A DNA stretch of 64,000 nt from Rhodoplanes tepidamans (lineage in GTDB: Bacteria; Pseudomonadota; Alphaproteobacteria; Rhizobiales; Xanthobacteraceae). The notes beneath the pieces were generated by a model. The model saw only the letters and a list, made by a program, of their open reading frames with translations, made no database searches and was not told the origin of the DNA. This document shows, piece after piece, positions 53,039-62,909 of this stretch. The stretch spans positions 46,823-110,822 of the forward strand of contig NZ_JAUSUJ010000023.1 of NCBI RefSeq assembly GCF_030813915.1, given 5' to 3'. Positions within the stretch are counted from its first letter, which is position 1. Each line of letters begins with the position of its first letter. The position numbers and the translations under genes are program-made.

Positions 53039-55583
53039 CCGCGCGCTGCCGCGCCATCGCCAGCACCGGACGATAGGCCGGCTCGAAGTCCGGGCTGAGC
53101 CGGACGAGATCGACGAGCTGCGGGGCGATCTCGCCCACCAGGTCGCGGCCCCGCGCGCCGGCCCCGAGCGTCCGCACCCCGATCTCCAGATAGCGGTCGC
53201 GCGCCTGCCAGTACGCGACGAGCCGGCGGCGCCGGTCCCGGTCGTGGTCCCGGGCGTCCGGCTCGGCTTCTGCCGTCGCCGGCGCGGCCAGGACGTCGTC
53301 CGGCGTCCCCCGCAGCGCGGCGAGCAGGGTCAGCAGCCGGTCGCCCGGCCGCTCCGCCGCCGCATAGGCGAGCCGCGGCGCCTCCGCCGTGACCACGGGG
53401 CGGTCGTCGGTGTTGAGCGGCCCCTCGCCGGCGAAGGCACGCAGCGCCGCGGCGCCGCCGAGATGCAGGCCGAACAGGCCGAAGTCGTCGGCCAGATCGA
53501 GGGCGGCGAGCCGGGCCCGCAGCGCCGGATCGACGATCCGCCGGCCGAGCCACTCCGTCGGATAGGTGCGCGGCCCTGCAGCACCGACGAGGGCGATCAG
53601 CGGCGTCTCGACGCTGAGCTGGGCGAGATGGGCGCTCGCCTGCGGAAACACGTCGAGGAAGGTGCGGACGATCACCCGCAGGGTCGCGATGTCGAGCTGA
53701 TGCAGCGGCAGCCACTGGCAGAACAGGCCGCCCGCGGCGAGACGGTCGCGGATCGCGGCGAAGTGCTCGCGCGCATAGAGGGCGCCCGAGCCGTCGACGG
53801 ACGGATGGTAGAGGTCGGCGACGATCACGTCGTAGCCGGCGCCGGGCGCGCGGACGAAGCGGCGGGCATCGGCGACGTGGATGTGGAGGTCGGGGTTGCG
53901 GCCGATCTGCGGGGCCGAGCGGGCGAACAGCGGGAACGATTCGACCACCTCGGGCACCAGCTCGACGCCGTCGACGACGAGGCCCGGATGGTCGGCCGCC
54001 GCCGAGACGGTCGCCCCGGTGCCGAGCCCGAGGAACAGCGCCCGCTGCGGCGCCGGATGCAGCAGCAGCGGGATGTGGGCCTGGCGATGGTCGGAGCGCT
54101 CCGACGCGCTGCCGCCCATGCGGAAGTGGTTGTTGACCTGGAGGTGATGGTCGCCGGCGCGGTTGCGCACCACGCTCACCGCCGCCATCACGCCGTCGCG
54201 GTGCCAGACCAGCGCACCGCCGGGCGGCACCTGGACGAAGCGCAGCGACAGCGGCGACAGCACCAGTGCCACGGCCGCTACCCCGATCGCCGCCGCGGCG
54301 GCGAGTGCCGGCGGACGCCGGTTCGGCAGCGCCAGCACGTAGCCGGCGGCGAGCCCGGCGAAGGCGAGCTTGGCGCCGACGAGCGGCATCAGGACAGGCC
54401 CGAAGACGATCGGTGCCAGCGCCGCGCCGAGTGTGTTGACGGCGAGCCCGGGTCCCATGCCGCCATCGCGGTCGCTGGCCGCCTGGGCGAGCTGCGCGAA
54501 CAGCGCCCCCATGGCGACGGTCGGCGGCAGGAAGGCGACCGCCGCGATGCCGAGCTCGGCGGCGAGCCGGCCCGGCACGGTGGCCGGCAGCGCCTCGCGC
54601 AGGCCGAGGAGAATCGCGTCGGACGTGGCCATCGCGGCGGCACCGCCGAGGCAGGCCAGCGCGGTCGCGGCGACGAGGCCACTGGTCAGGGCGTCGCCTG
54701 CGGTCGGCCGCGCCGCGAGGCGATCGCGCAGCGCGGCGCCGAGCGCGGTGCCGAGCAGCCAGACGGCGAGCAGCAGCGCGAAGGTGTAGACGGTGTTCTC
54801 GAGGATCTGGCCGACCACCCGGATGGCCAGCACCTCGTAGCCGAGGCCCAGAAGCCCGCCGACGAACAGCGGCGCCAGCGCGCGGAGCGACGGCCGGCCG
54901 GCCGCCGGACGCTTCGGCGCCGGCGCGACGCTGCCGCCTTCCGCGAGCCACATCGCGGCCGCGCAGGCGAGGTTGACGGCCGCGCAGGCGACCAGGGTGG
55001 CCGAGAGCCCGACAGCCGGAATGATCAGGAACGTCGTGACGAGCGTGCCGGCGACGGCGCCCAGCGTGTTCGCCGCATAGACCGGGCCGACCGCCCGGCC
55101 CGAGGCGAGGCGCGGCGCCAGCACGGCCTCGAGCGCCGGCAGCGTGGCCCCCATGGCGAGCGTCGCCGGCAGCAGCAGCCAGAACGGCAGCGCGAAGGCG
55201 ACCAGCCACTGGCGCGTCGGCGCCGCGTCGACCGGCACCAGCAGCGGGACGAGGTCGGCCATGAGCGGTGCGAGCGGCACCAGCGCGAGCGCCCACAGCC
55301 CGATGACCAGCTCGAGGCCGGCGTACCAGCGGCCCGGGCGCGGACTCGCGGCGATCCGCCGGCCCGGCACCAGGCTGCCCAGCGCCAGCCCGGCGAACAG
55401 CGCCGAGACCACCCCGAGCACGGCGACGATCTCGTGGCCGAGAGACACCGCGAGGAGCCGGGTCCAGACGATCTCGTAGCCGAGCCCGGCGAAGCCGGAG
55501 AGCGCCGCGATCGTCGCCACGACGAGGACCCGCCGCGGCGCCGCGGCGGCGCCGGCCGGGGAATACGCGCCAGCCTCGAGCAT
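52935..55583 (-). CDS. Fused polytopic membrane (MFS-like) and spermidine-synthase-like aminopropyltransferase protein
   Basis: 882 aa; about 14 TM segments, then FLGLGTGATVSAAA...GYDVIVADLYHPSVDGSGALY and a TPR-like tail. Confidence 0.75.
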   Translation of the reverse strand: MLEAGAYSPAGAAAAPRRVLVVATIAALSGFAGLGYEIVWTRLLAVSLGHEIVAVLGVVSALFAGLALGSLVPGRRIAASPRPGRWYAGLELVIGLWALALVPLAPLMADLVPLLVPVDAAPTRQWLVAFALPFWLLLPATLAMGATLPALEAVLAPRLASGRAVGPVYAANTLGAVAGTLVTTFLIIPAVGLSATLVACAAVNLACAAAMWLAEGGSVAPAPKRPAAGRPSLRALAPLFVGGLLGLGYEVLAIRVVGQILENTVYTFALLLAVWLLGTALGAALRDRLAARPTAGDALTSGLVAATALACLGGAAAMATSDAILLGLREALPATVPGRLAAELGIAAVAFLPPTVAMGALFAQLAQAASDRDGGMGPGLAVNTLGAALAPIVFGPVLMPLVGAKLAFAGLAAGYVLALPNRRPPALAAAAAIGVAAVALVLSPLSLRFVQVPPGGALVWHRDGVMAAVSVVRNRAGDHHLQVNNHFRMGGSASERSDHRQAHIPLLLHPAPQRALFLGLGTGATVSAAADHPGLVVDGVELVPEVVESFPLFARSAPQIGRNPDLHIHVADARRFVRAPGAGYDVIVADLYHPSVDGSGALYAREHFAAIRDRLAAGGLFCQWLPLHQLDIATLRVIVRTFLDVFPQASAHLAQLSVETPLIALVGAAGPRTYPTEWLGRRIVDPALRARLAALDLADDFGLFGLHLGGAAALRAFAGEGPLNTDDRPVVTAEAPRLAYAAAERPGDRLLTLLAALRGTPDDVLAAPATAEAEPDARDHDRDRRRRLVAYWQARDRYLEIGVRTLGAGARGRDLVGEIAPQLVDLVRLSPDFEPAYRPVLAMARQRAVSDPAVARRLLEALDRARPDRPEARRLLSALPPG

Positions 55584-55686
55584 GGACCTCACGCACCTTC
55601 GGCAAAGCGAACCGGGGGCCGCGAGCGGCCCCCGGTCCGATGGTTGCATCGAGCGGCGGCGGCGGGCCGCAGCCGTCGATCTCGGC

Positions 55687-57603
55687 TCACTTCAGCGCGG
55701 CGGCCTTGGCGGCGTTGGTCTCGACGAGGAGCTGCGGCTGGCCGGAGACGCGGATGAAGATCGGGTTGGTGTAGAACCACAGGTCCGACCACCCGGCGAC
55801 GTCGTAGCTCGACACCTTGACGCCGTCGCGCACCGCCATGTGGTCCGGGCAGGCCGGATCCGTGCAGGGCACGAAGCCGCTCTGGGCGGAGTTCTCCGGA
55901 TCCCAGTCGTTGAGCGGATTGCCGAGGTTGTCGGTCTCGTTCGGCGTGCCGGGCGGCAGGTTGCTGCCGCGCGCCCGGACATACATGTTGTTCTGAACGT
56001 TCGAGATGGTGAACGTCATGGTCCGCTTCTGGCCGCTCGCCGTCCAGTTGCTGGAGTTGAACGTCGCGGCCACGCCGGCGGTCGAGTTGGTCGCGTTGGT
56101 GTAGCTGGAGCTCGTCGTGGGGATCACGCCGGTGACGTTGCCCTTGATGAACTGGACGAAGCGCAGCGTCGGCCGGTTGAGCGGCTCCTGAATCTGGAGC
56201 TGGGCCAGCGACGGGTTGTTGAAGCTGTAGGGCGAGTGGTTGGTGCCGGTCGGAACGTTTACCTCGAGGGTGATCCTCACGCTGCGGCCGCGTGGGACGA
56301 CGAGCGTCTGCCCCATCTTGGCCGTACCGGCGGCCGCGTAGCCCACGACCTCGGCCTTGTAGGTGAGCTCGCCCGTGATCAGGTCGCCCGCCACCGAGTA
56401 GGAGTTGCCGGAGCGGACGGCGTCGACGACGACCTGCGGCCGGAGCGTCGTGCCGTTCGCCGGGCGCGGAATGTAGAGCTTCTGGTACTCGCCCGGATAG
56501 AAGTCGTTGGTCGAGCCGGCCTCGTAGATGCTGAAGGCGCCGCGGTTGTGCCAGTCGGAGCTGGCGTAGAAGAACCAGTTGCGGCCCTCGCCCAGCAGCG
56601 CGTCCCACAGTCCGCCGATCTTGGCGCCGTAGATGCCGGTGCCGCCGTAAGTCGTCACGCCGACCGAATCGCAGCCGGTGCCGCAGAAGCCGGCCCGGTA
56701 CTCGCCGCGATTGTTGCTCGCCTGGTGGCCCGGCATCGTCTCGAAGCCGACCGCGACGGTCGGACCGGCATTGTTGAAGTCGCGGAAGTGCTCGACGTTG
56801 AAGCCGTTGTTGCCGTTGGCGTTGAACACGCCGGCGCGCTCGACATGGGCGGGCACGTAGTAGCTGTCGAGCGGATAGTTCGCCTGCAACCACGCGACGC
56901 TCGGAACCGCCTTGTTGTTGTGGTTCGCGGTGCCCGACCCGGTGCCGGAGGCATTGGCGACCTTGCCGGTCCAGTTGTGATTCGGAGCGCCGAGCTGGGT
57001 GTCGGTGTCGCTGCGGTCGAACCGGTACTCGAACTCGGCGACCGCGCTAGCGTTGCCGACATCGCCGCCGAAATTCTCCGGCTTCTGGTTGCCGATCACG
57101 GCCATGCTGGTGTGCTCGTGGCCGGGCACGTTGGTCTCGACGCCGGCATAGAGCATCGGCTTGTTGAGCTGCTGCGCGAGGCGGGCGAGCTCGGGATAGA
57201 CGATCTCCTCGACGCTCTGCCAGCGCCACATCGAGCGATGGCCCTGCGAGGTCGCGGTGTTGCCGTAGATGGTCATGGCCGGGATCGAGCCCTGCTCCTC
57301 GTCGAAATACTTGCCGAGGCCGGTGGTCGAACCGTCGCCCTCGGGATCGTCGACCCGGCAGTCGCGCGGGCTGGAGCCGCCGTGATCGGCGGCACCGAGC
57401 CATTCGAGCCCGTAGCTCTGCACGGCCTTGGTCACCATCGTCTCGACGGACGACCGGCCGTCCGAGCACGGCGTATGGTTGTGGAAGTCGCCGGCCATGT
57501 AGCTGTCGGCGACAGACGGCGTCGTCGGCACCACGGCTCCCGCGGCGACCGCGAGAACCGACGCACCCGCAAAGACCTGACGCGACAGCGTCCCGCTCTT
57601 CAT
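55687..57603 (-). CDS. Secreted PHP-domain-like metal-dependent phosphoesterase with Asn/Thr/Ser/Gly-rich beta-rich C-terminal region
   Basis: Signal peptide; GDFHNHTPCSDGRSS; additional His/Asp ligand candidates; somewhat lower GC than its neighbours. Confidence 0.7.
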   Translation of the reverse strand: MKSGTLSRQVFAGASVLAVAAGAVVPTTPSVADSYMAGDFHNHTPCSDGRSSVETMVTKAVQSYGLEWLGAADHGGSSPRDCRVDDPEGDGSTTGLGKYFDEEQGSIPAMTIYGNTATSQGHRSMWRWQSVEEIVYPELARLAQQLNKPMLYAGVETNVPGHEHTSMAVIGNQKPENFGGDVGNASAVAEFEYRFDRSDTDTQLGAPNHNWTGKVANASGTGSGTANHNNKAVPSVAWLQANYPLDSYYVPAHVERAGVFNANGNNGFNVEHFRDFNNAGPTVAVGFETMPGHQASNNRGEYRAGFCGTGCDSVGVTTYGGTGIYGAKIGGLWDALLGEGRNWFFYASSDWHNRGAFSIYEAGSTNDFYPGEYQKLYIPRPANGTTLRPQVVVDAVRSGNSYSVAGDLITGELTYKAEVVGYAAAGTAKMGQTLVVPRGRSVRITLEVNVPTGTNHSPYSFNNPSLAQLQIQEPLNRPTLRFVQFIKGNVTGVIPTTSSSYTNATNSTAGVAATFNSSNWTASGQKRTMTFTISNVQNNMYVRARGSNLPPGTPNETDNLGNPLNDWDPENSAQSGFVPCTDPACPDHMAVRDGVKVSSYDVAGWSDLWFYTNPIFIRVSGQPQLLVETNAAKAAALK

Positions 57604-57895
57604 TCTCCAACCCCTATGTCGATGTCATTTCCATAGAGCCCCGCCACGTTGGTGCTCCGCTGGGCAACCTCTCAATCGGCGATGAAACTGACGTGACGGA
57701 AAAATGAAACACGCACTCGAATGCTCACGGTCCGGTGAGACCTCGCGGGCCTCGCGCCGCGCGGGTGTGGGAGCCGATCCCGATGCACGCCGCTGTCATG
57801 AACACGACACGGCTTCTCCCTTAGTTGGACGGCCGGCACGGCGGCCCGGGGGACGAGCGCCGGCCGGCCAGGAATCGTGCGGGGGGACATACGAC

Positions 57896-58789
57896 GTGTC
57901 ATCGACGAGTGCGGAGCCGCGTGCAGAGCCGCGTGTCGGGGCGCCCGACGCCGGCGCGAAGACGCCGGCCGGCGGCCGGGACAATCCGATTCGGCGCCTG
58001 CTGCGCGAGCCGCTCCTTCATTTCCTGCTGATCGGCGCCGTGATCTTCGCGGTTCACGCGGCGGTGACGCCTTCGGTGAGCAAGGAACGGCTGATCGAGG
58101 TGACGCCCGACGTCCGACAGACGATCGTCGACACATTCAAGCGGGCCCACGAGGGACGCGAGCCGGGCTCCGACGAGCTCGCCCGCCTGATCGACCTGTG
58201 GATCCTCAACGAGATCACGTTCCGCGAGGCGCTGGCCCAGGGGCTCGACAAGGGCGACGAGATGATCCGCGACCGCATCGTCCACAAGATGCGGCTCCTG
58301 ATCTTCGGCGGCGTGCAGGTCAACGAGCCGACCCCGCAGGAGCTGCAGGAGTGGTACGAGAAGCGCCGGCTCCAATACGACATCCCGGACCTCGTCACCT
58401 TCATCGACGTGCCGTTCACGGGAGACGCGGCCGAGGCCGAGAGCCGCGCCGTGCTGCAGCAGATCGAGGCCGGCGAGGAGCCCGAGGACGTGCGCCTGCG
58501 GGCCCAGATCTTCCCCAAGCGGCCGCGCCACACGCTGGTGCCGTCCTTCGGCCAGGCCTTCGTCGATGCGCTGGTCGCGCTGCCGCCCGGCGAGTGGCGG
58601 ACGCTGAGCTCGGCGACCGGCTGGCACGTCGTACGGCTCGACGGCTTCGTGCCGGGCCGCAAGGTGCCGCTCGCCGAGGTGTCCGTCCAGGCCGCACAGG
58701 CCTGGAAGGACGAGCGCCGGCGGGTGCTCGCCATCGCAGCGACCCGCGAGCTCGGCAAGGCCTATGTGATCCGGCGCGGCGAGCCATGA
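57896..58789 (+). CDS. Membrane-anchored PpiD/SurA-N-like periplasmic protein (start uncertain, ATG at 57704 possible)
   Basis: TM LLHFLLIGAVIFAV followed by a SurA_N-like helical domain; stop overlaps the next start (ATGA). Confidence 0.5.
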   Translation: MSSTSAEPRAEPRVGAPDAGAKTPAGGRDNPIRRLLREPLLHFLLIGAVIFAVHAAVTPSVSKERLIEVTPDVRQTIVDTFKRAHEGREPGSDELARLIDLWILNEITFREALAQGLDKGDEMIRDRIVHKMRLLIFGGVQVNEPTPQELQEWYEKRRLQYDIPDLVTFIDVPFTGDAAEAESRAVLQQIEAGEEPEDVRLRAQIFPKRPRHTLVPSFGQAFVDALVALPPGEWRTLSSATGWHVVRLDGFVPGRKVPLAEVSVQAAQAWKDERRRVLAIAATRELGKAYVIRRGEP

Positions 58790-59763
58790 CGACCGTCACC
58801 GAGCTCCGGATCCGCCTGCGGCTCGCGCTGCTCGCCGTCGTCACCCTGGTCGGCGTGCTGCTGCCCGCCCTGCCCGCGGCGCCGCACGAGGCCAGCATGG
58901 CCGTGATCACGCTGCGCGAGATCGCGCCCGGCCGCTATCTCGGCCAGTGGACAATGCCGCCGGCCGACCCGACCCTGCAGCCGATCTTCCCGGCGCACTG
59001 CCGCTGGGAGCCGCCGGAGCTCGTCTGCGGCGAGCGCGGGCTGATCGGCCGGCTGAGCTTCATGGGTCTCGGCAGCACGCAGTCGGTGGCGACCATCCGG
59101 GTGATTCCGCGCGACGGGCCGATGCAGGCCTACACGGTGAGCGCCGCCAAGCCGACCGCCATGGCGGCCCGCGATCCCGGCACCGACCTCGCCGTCTGGC
59201 TCGACCTCGCCGAGACCTACGTCAATCTCGGCATCGACCACATCCTGCGCGGCATCGACCACCTGCTGTTCGTGCTCGGCCTGATCTGGCTCACGAGCAG
59301 CGGCTGGATGCTGGTGCGGACCATCACGGCGTTCACGGTGGGTCACAGCATCTCGCTCGCCGCCGCCACCTTCGGCTGGGTCGGCATCCCGGAGAAGCCG
59401 CTCAACGCCGCGATCGCCCTCTCGATCGTGTTCGTCGGCGTCGAGATCGTGAAGCTGCAGCGCGGCGAGATCGGGCTGACGGCGCGCTACCCGTGGATCG
59501 TCGCCTTCGCGTTCGGGCTGCTGCACGGGCTCGGATTCGCCACCGCGCTGACCAATCTCGGCATCCCGCAGGCGACGCTGCCGATCGCGCTGCTGTTCTT
59601 CAATATCGGCGTCGAGATCGGACAGCTCGCCTTCGTGTTCGCGGTGCTGGCGCTGATCTGGGCGCACCGGCAGGCGCGGGCCGTGCTGCCGCGCTGGGGC
59701 GCCGCCCTGCCCGCCTACGCGATCGGCAGCATCGCGGCGTTCTGGTTCCTGGCCCGCGTGTGA
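58786..59763 (+). CDS. HupE/UreJ-family membrane protein with a roughly 140-aa N-terminal periplasmic extension
   Basis: GIDHILRGIDHLLFVLGL...GHSISL...LLHGLGFA...EIGQL. Confidence 0.8.
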   Translation: MTTVTELRIRLRLALLAVVTLVGVLLPALPAAPHEASMAVITLREIAPGRYLGQWTMPPADPTLQPIFPAHCRWEPPELVCGERGLIGRLSFMGLGSTQSVATIRVIPRDGPMQAYTVSAAKPTAMAARDPGTDLAVWLDLAETYVNLGIDHILRGIDHLLFVLGLIWLTSSGWMLVRTITAFTVGHSISLAAATFGWVGIPEKPLNAAIALSIVFVGVEIVKLQRGEIGLTARYPWIVAFAFGLLHGLGFATALTNLGIPQATLPIALLFFNIGVEIGQLAFVFAVLALIWAHRQARAVLPRWGAALPAYAIGSIAAFWFLARV

Positions 59764-59805
59764 GCGGGCACGATCGCTGGCCAAGACACGAGTGAGGACC
59801 CCACC

Positions 59806-60414
59806 ATGACCGTTCCGTCGAAGCCGAGCCTGCCGCTCGCCGCCCTTCTGAGCCTGATCCCGCTGGCGCCGGCGCTGGCGCACACCGGCAGCGGCGTCGC
59901 CGTCGGGCTGCAGAGCGGCCTGCTGCATCCGATCACCGGACCGGATCACCTGGTCGCCATGGTGGCGGTTGGCCTGTGGGGTGCGCAGCTCGGCGCGCCC
60001 GCCATCTGGGTGCTGCCGATCACCTTCCCGCTGGTGATGGCGATCGGCGGCCTGATCGGCCTCGCCGGCGTGCCGCTGCCTCTGGTCGAGCCGGTGGTCG
60101 CCCTGTCCGGCCTCGCGCTCGGCCTGCTGATCGCGCTGCATGTCCGTCCGCCGCTGTGGGTCGCGGCCGTGGTGGTCGGCGTCTTCGCCATCTTCCACGG
60201 CTACGCCCATGGCCGCGAGCTGCCCGGCGCCGCCGACCCGACCGCCTATGCGGTCGGCTTCGTCGTCGCCACCGGCCTCCTGCATCTCGTCGGCATCCTG
60301 ATCGGCGTCATGGTGGCGTGGCCGGCCGGCGCCCGGCTGGTGCGCGCCTGCGGCGCCGCCATCGGCTGCGTCGGCCTCTACTTCCTGCTCGCCTCGGTCG
60401 GGGTGCTGTCGTGA
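59806..60414 (+). CDS. HupE/UreJ-family protein (canonical about 200 aa)
   Basis: Signal peptide then HTGSG...PITGPDHLVAMVAVGLW...FHGYAHG. Confidence 0.85.
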   Translation: MTVPSKPSLPLAALLSLIPLAPALAHTGSGVAVGLQSGLLHPITGPDHLVAMVAVGLWGAQLGAPAIWVLPITFPLVMAIGGLIGLAGVPLPLVEPVVALSGLALGLLIALHVRPPLWVAAVVVGVFAIFHGYAHGRELPGAADPTAYAVGFVVATGLLHLVGILIGVMVAWPAGARLVRACGAAIGCVGLYFLLASVGVLS

Positions 60415-61037
60415 GGACGAAGGCCCGCCTGCTCGCCGCCGCCACCGTCGCGGCGGCGCTCGCGGCGCCGACGGCCGCGCACGCCCATCTGGTCGACACG
60501 CGGCTCGGCGACTTCTACGGCGGCGCCCTCCACCCGCTCACCGAGCTCGACCAGCTGCTGCCGTGGGTCGCGCTGGCCGCCCTCGCCGCCTTCCAGGGGG
60601 CGCGGCGGGCCCGCTGGGTGATCGTCGCGTTTCCGCTCGCGCTGCTGGCCGGCGGCGCCGCCGCCCTGCTGCTGCCGGCCCCGCCCTTCGGGCCGATCCT
60701 CGGGATCGGGCTGGTCGCGGCCACCGGCCTGGCCCTGGCGGCTGCGGCCCGCCTGCCGCTGCCGGTGCTGATCGGCCTGTCCACCGTGATGGGCCTGCTG
60801 CACGGGCTCCAGAACGGCCAGGGACTGCCGGCGAGCACCGACCGGCTGCTGTTCCTCGCCGGCGCCACCGCGGCCGGTTACGCCGTGATGACGCTCGCGA
60901 CCGGCGGCGCCCTCGCCTTCCTGCGCGGCGTCGGCGGCTGGCGCCCGATCGCCCTGCGCGCCACCGGCAGCTGGGTCGCGGCGGTCGGAATCATGGTCTT
61001 GGGCCTGCAGTTCGCCGCCCCGGCCACGGCCGGCTGA
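60411..61037 (+). CDS. Third HupE/UreJ-like membrane protein (divergent; GTG start overlapping the previous stop)
   Basis: AHAHLVDTRLGDFYGGALHPLTELDQLL; six TM segments. Confidence 0.6.
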   Translation: MRTKARLLAAATVAAALAAPTAAHAHLVDTRLGDFYGGALHPLTELDQLLPWVALAALAAFQGARRARWVIVAFPLALLAGGAAALLLPAPPFGPILGIGLVAATGLALAAAARLPLPVLIGLSTVMGLLHGLQNGQGLPASTDRLLFLAGATAAGYAVMTLATGGALAFLRGVGGWRPIALRATGSWVAAVGIMVLGLQFAAPATAG

Positions 61038-61351
61038 TACGAAATCCGCCCGAACAGCTCGGTCACTCCGGAGCGCGCCACCCGGATCGGCGCTTCGCGC
61101 CGTCCGAGTGCAGCCTCCGGTGCGAACCCGGAATCCGGCGACACGCACGAGAATCGTGGCTGAAGTCCGGGTTCGTGGACCTGCGGTCCGCGCTCCGGAA
61201 GGAGTGCCGACCAGTCAGCCGATCCCAGGACGCGGCGGACGAGGCCGCTCCGCCCTCGCTCGATCCTGTCGCGATCCGCGGCGCCGTCCTCGCAGACGGC
61301 GCCGTTTCGATTTCGTCCGGGCGCGACGACCGGCTGACCACCAAAGAAAAA

Positions 61352-61378
61352 GCCCCGGCCGAGGGCCGGGGCTTTCGA
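61352..61378 (-). terminator. Rho-independent terminator (GCCCCGGCC-CTC-GGCCGGGGC followed by a T-run on the minus strand); could act bidirectionally
   Basis: Perfect 9-bp GC stem, A-run on one side and T-run on the other; about 100 bp downstream of the OMP gene stop. Confidence 0.7.
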
Positions 61379-61480
61379 GGAGACGCCGAGAGCTTGGGAC
61401 TTCGGACGTCGGGTCGTCTGGACGCAGGAGAAGGACCAGAGCGGCGCGGGCGGACCCGCGCCGCGCTCTCGCGCCGAGGC

Positions 61481-62260
61481 TCAGTTGCCCCAGAAGCGAT
61501 AGTTGATGCCGGCCTTGACGACGTGGAGAGTCAGATCGTCCGCACCACTCGTGCCGAAAGTCTGAGCCGGCGTGTAGGTGAAGGTGACACGGTCGTCGCC
61601 GAGATCGATGTAGTTGTACTCGATCTTGGCCGACCAGTTCGGCAGGAACGCATACTCAAGGCCGGCACCGACGGTCCAGCCCCAGCGCGTCTCATCCACC
61701 TCGGCGTGATAGTTGTCGGCCGGGAACGCCGGATCGGTATAGCCGACGGTGTGCTTGGTATGTGCCCAGGCCGCGCCGCCCTTAGCGTAGAAGAGCGCGC
61801 GATCGAAGGCGACACCGACCCGGCCCGTAATGGTACCGAGCGAGTCGATCTTGGAGGTGCAGGGATCATTGCTCAAGAGGCAGCTGCCGACCCCACCAGT
61901 GAAGATCGAGCCGTCGCCCTTGATGTTCGCCCAGGCGCCGTCGGCCTCGATGCCGAGGACGAACTGGTTGACCTGCCAGTTGAAGCCGATCTGGCCGCCG
62001 GCCAGGCCGCCGCTGATGTCGTAGTGCGCATCGGCACCCGGCACCGAGAAATCGTTCAGTGGATCAGCGGCGTCGCTCCACTCGTTCTTGCCCCAGCCGT
62101 AGCCCGCATGGGCGCCGATGTAGAAGCCGGTCCAGGTGAAGGCCGGCGCGGCCACCACCGGCGCCTTCACCGGCATCCGGGCCGGCAGATCCGCCGCCTG
62201 GGCGGCGCCGGCGGACAGCACCGCGGCGAGAATGTTCGTGACGATCAGGCGCCTGTTCAT
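61481..62260 (-). CDS. Outer membrane beta-barrel protein (Omp25/RopB/OmpA-like)
   Basis: Signal peptide; alternating amphipathic beta strands; C-terminal aromatic (FWGN). Confidence 0.85.
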   Translation of the reverse strand: MNRRLIVTNILAAVLSAGAAQAADLPARMPVKAPVVAAPAFTWTGFYIGAHAGYGWGKNEWSDAADPLNDFSVPGADAHYDISGGLAGGQIGFNWQVNQFVLGIEADGAWANIKGDGSIFTGGVGSCLLSNDPCTSKIDSLGTITGRVGVAFDRALFYAKGGAAWAHTKHTVGYTDPAFPADNYHAEVDETRWGWTVGAGLEYAFLPNWSAKIEYNYIDLGDDRVTFTYTPAQTFGTSGADDLTLHVVKAGINYRFWGN

Positions 62261-62909
62261 GTGATACCCCCCGAGGACGGAAAGAAAAGCCTGCGGGATG
62301 GTTCATAACCTAACTCGACCGAATGGGCTGTATCCCACGGGCAACAGTGGCCGGAACAACACTGTCACACCACCGACACGAAACACCGCTACGGAACGCC
62401 GTGCAAGTGTCGGGGACTCCCGTCGTTTCAGCGACCTGATTTATTTCGCTCGCCCGCCGCACGCGCCCACCCGGGATTGGGCGATCTTTTTTTCAACTTA
62501 CGAGCTGATCGCCAGATAGTTTTCTGTCGACAGACATGAGACTGTCATGACTTTCGCAAAAACGTCATCGCCCTGTTACAAACCCTATTGAGCGACATCC
62601 GGTCGACGCTGCGTGTGAGCGGCCCGGAGGCACCCGGCATGGCGGGCGCGTCCGGCCCGGCGTGCGCGTGTCACCGGCCGTTCGCGGCCGGGGCGACGCG
62701 ATGCGATCGAGTCGAATTGTCGCTGATTGAAATCGATTTCTCACTGCGCCGCTGCGGCTTTCGCCACCACGCGCACCGGAAAGGATCGCCGTTTCGCGCC
62801 CGGTTAACCCGATTCCGGCGGCCCGTGGGGTATCCCCGAGGCAACGACCATCCGGCTCGCGGACCCTCGACACGTTCGGCCCCCGTCCCGGAGGACAGGC
62901 GCGCCGAGC

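Noticed and set aside
52993-55605. 870-aa Arg-rich ORF overlapping the spermidine-synthase fusion gene
   Set aside because: Alternative frame of the same minus-strand DNA. The 52935-55649 frame encodes recognisable TM helices and the aminopropyltransferase fold.
62298-62519. 73-aa ORF in the AT-richer region upstream of the BTLCP gene
   Set aside because: No SD, and composition unlike neighbouring genes. More likely a promoter region for the BTLCP gene.
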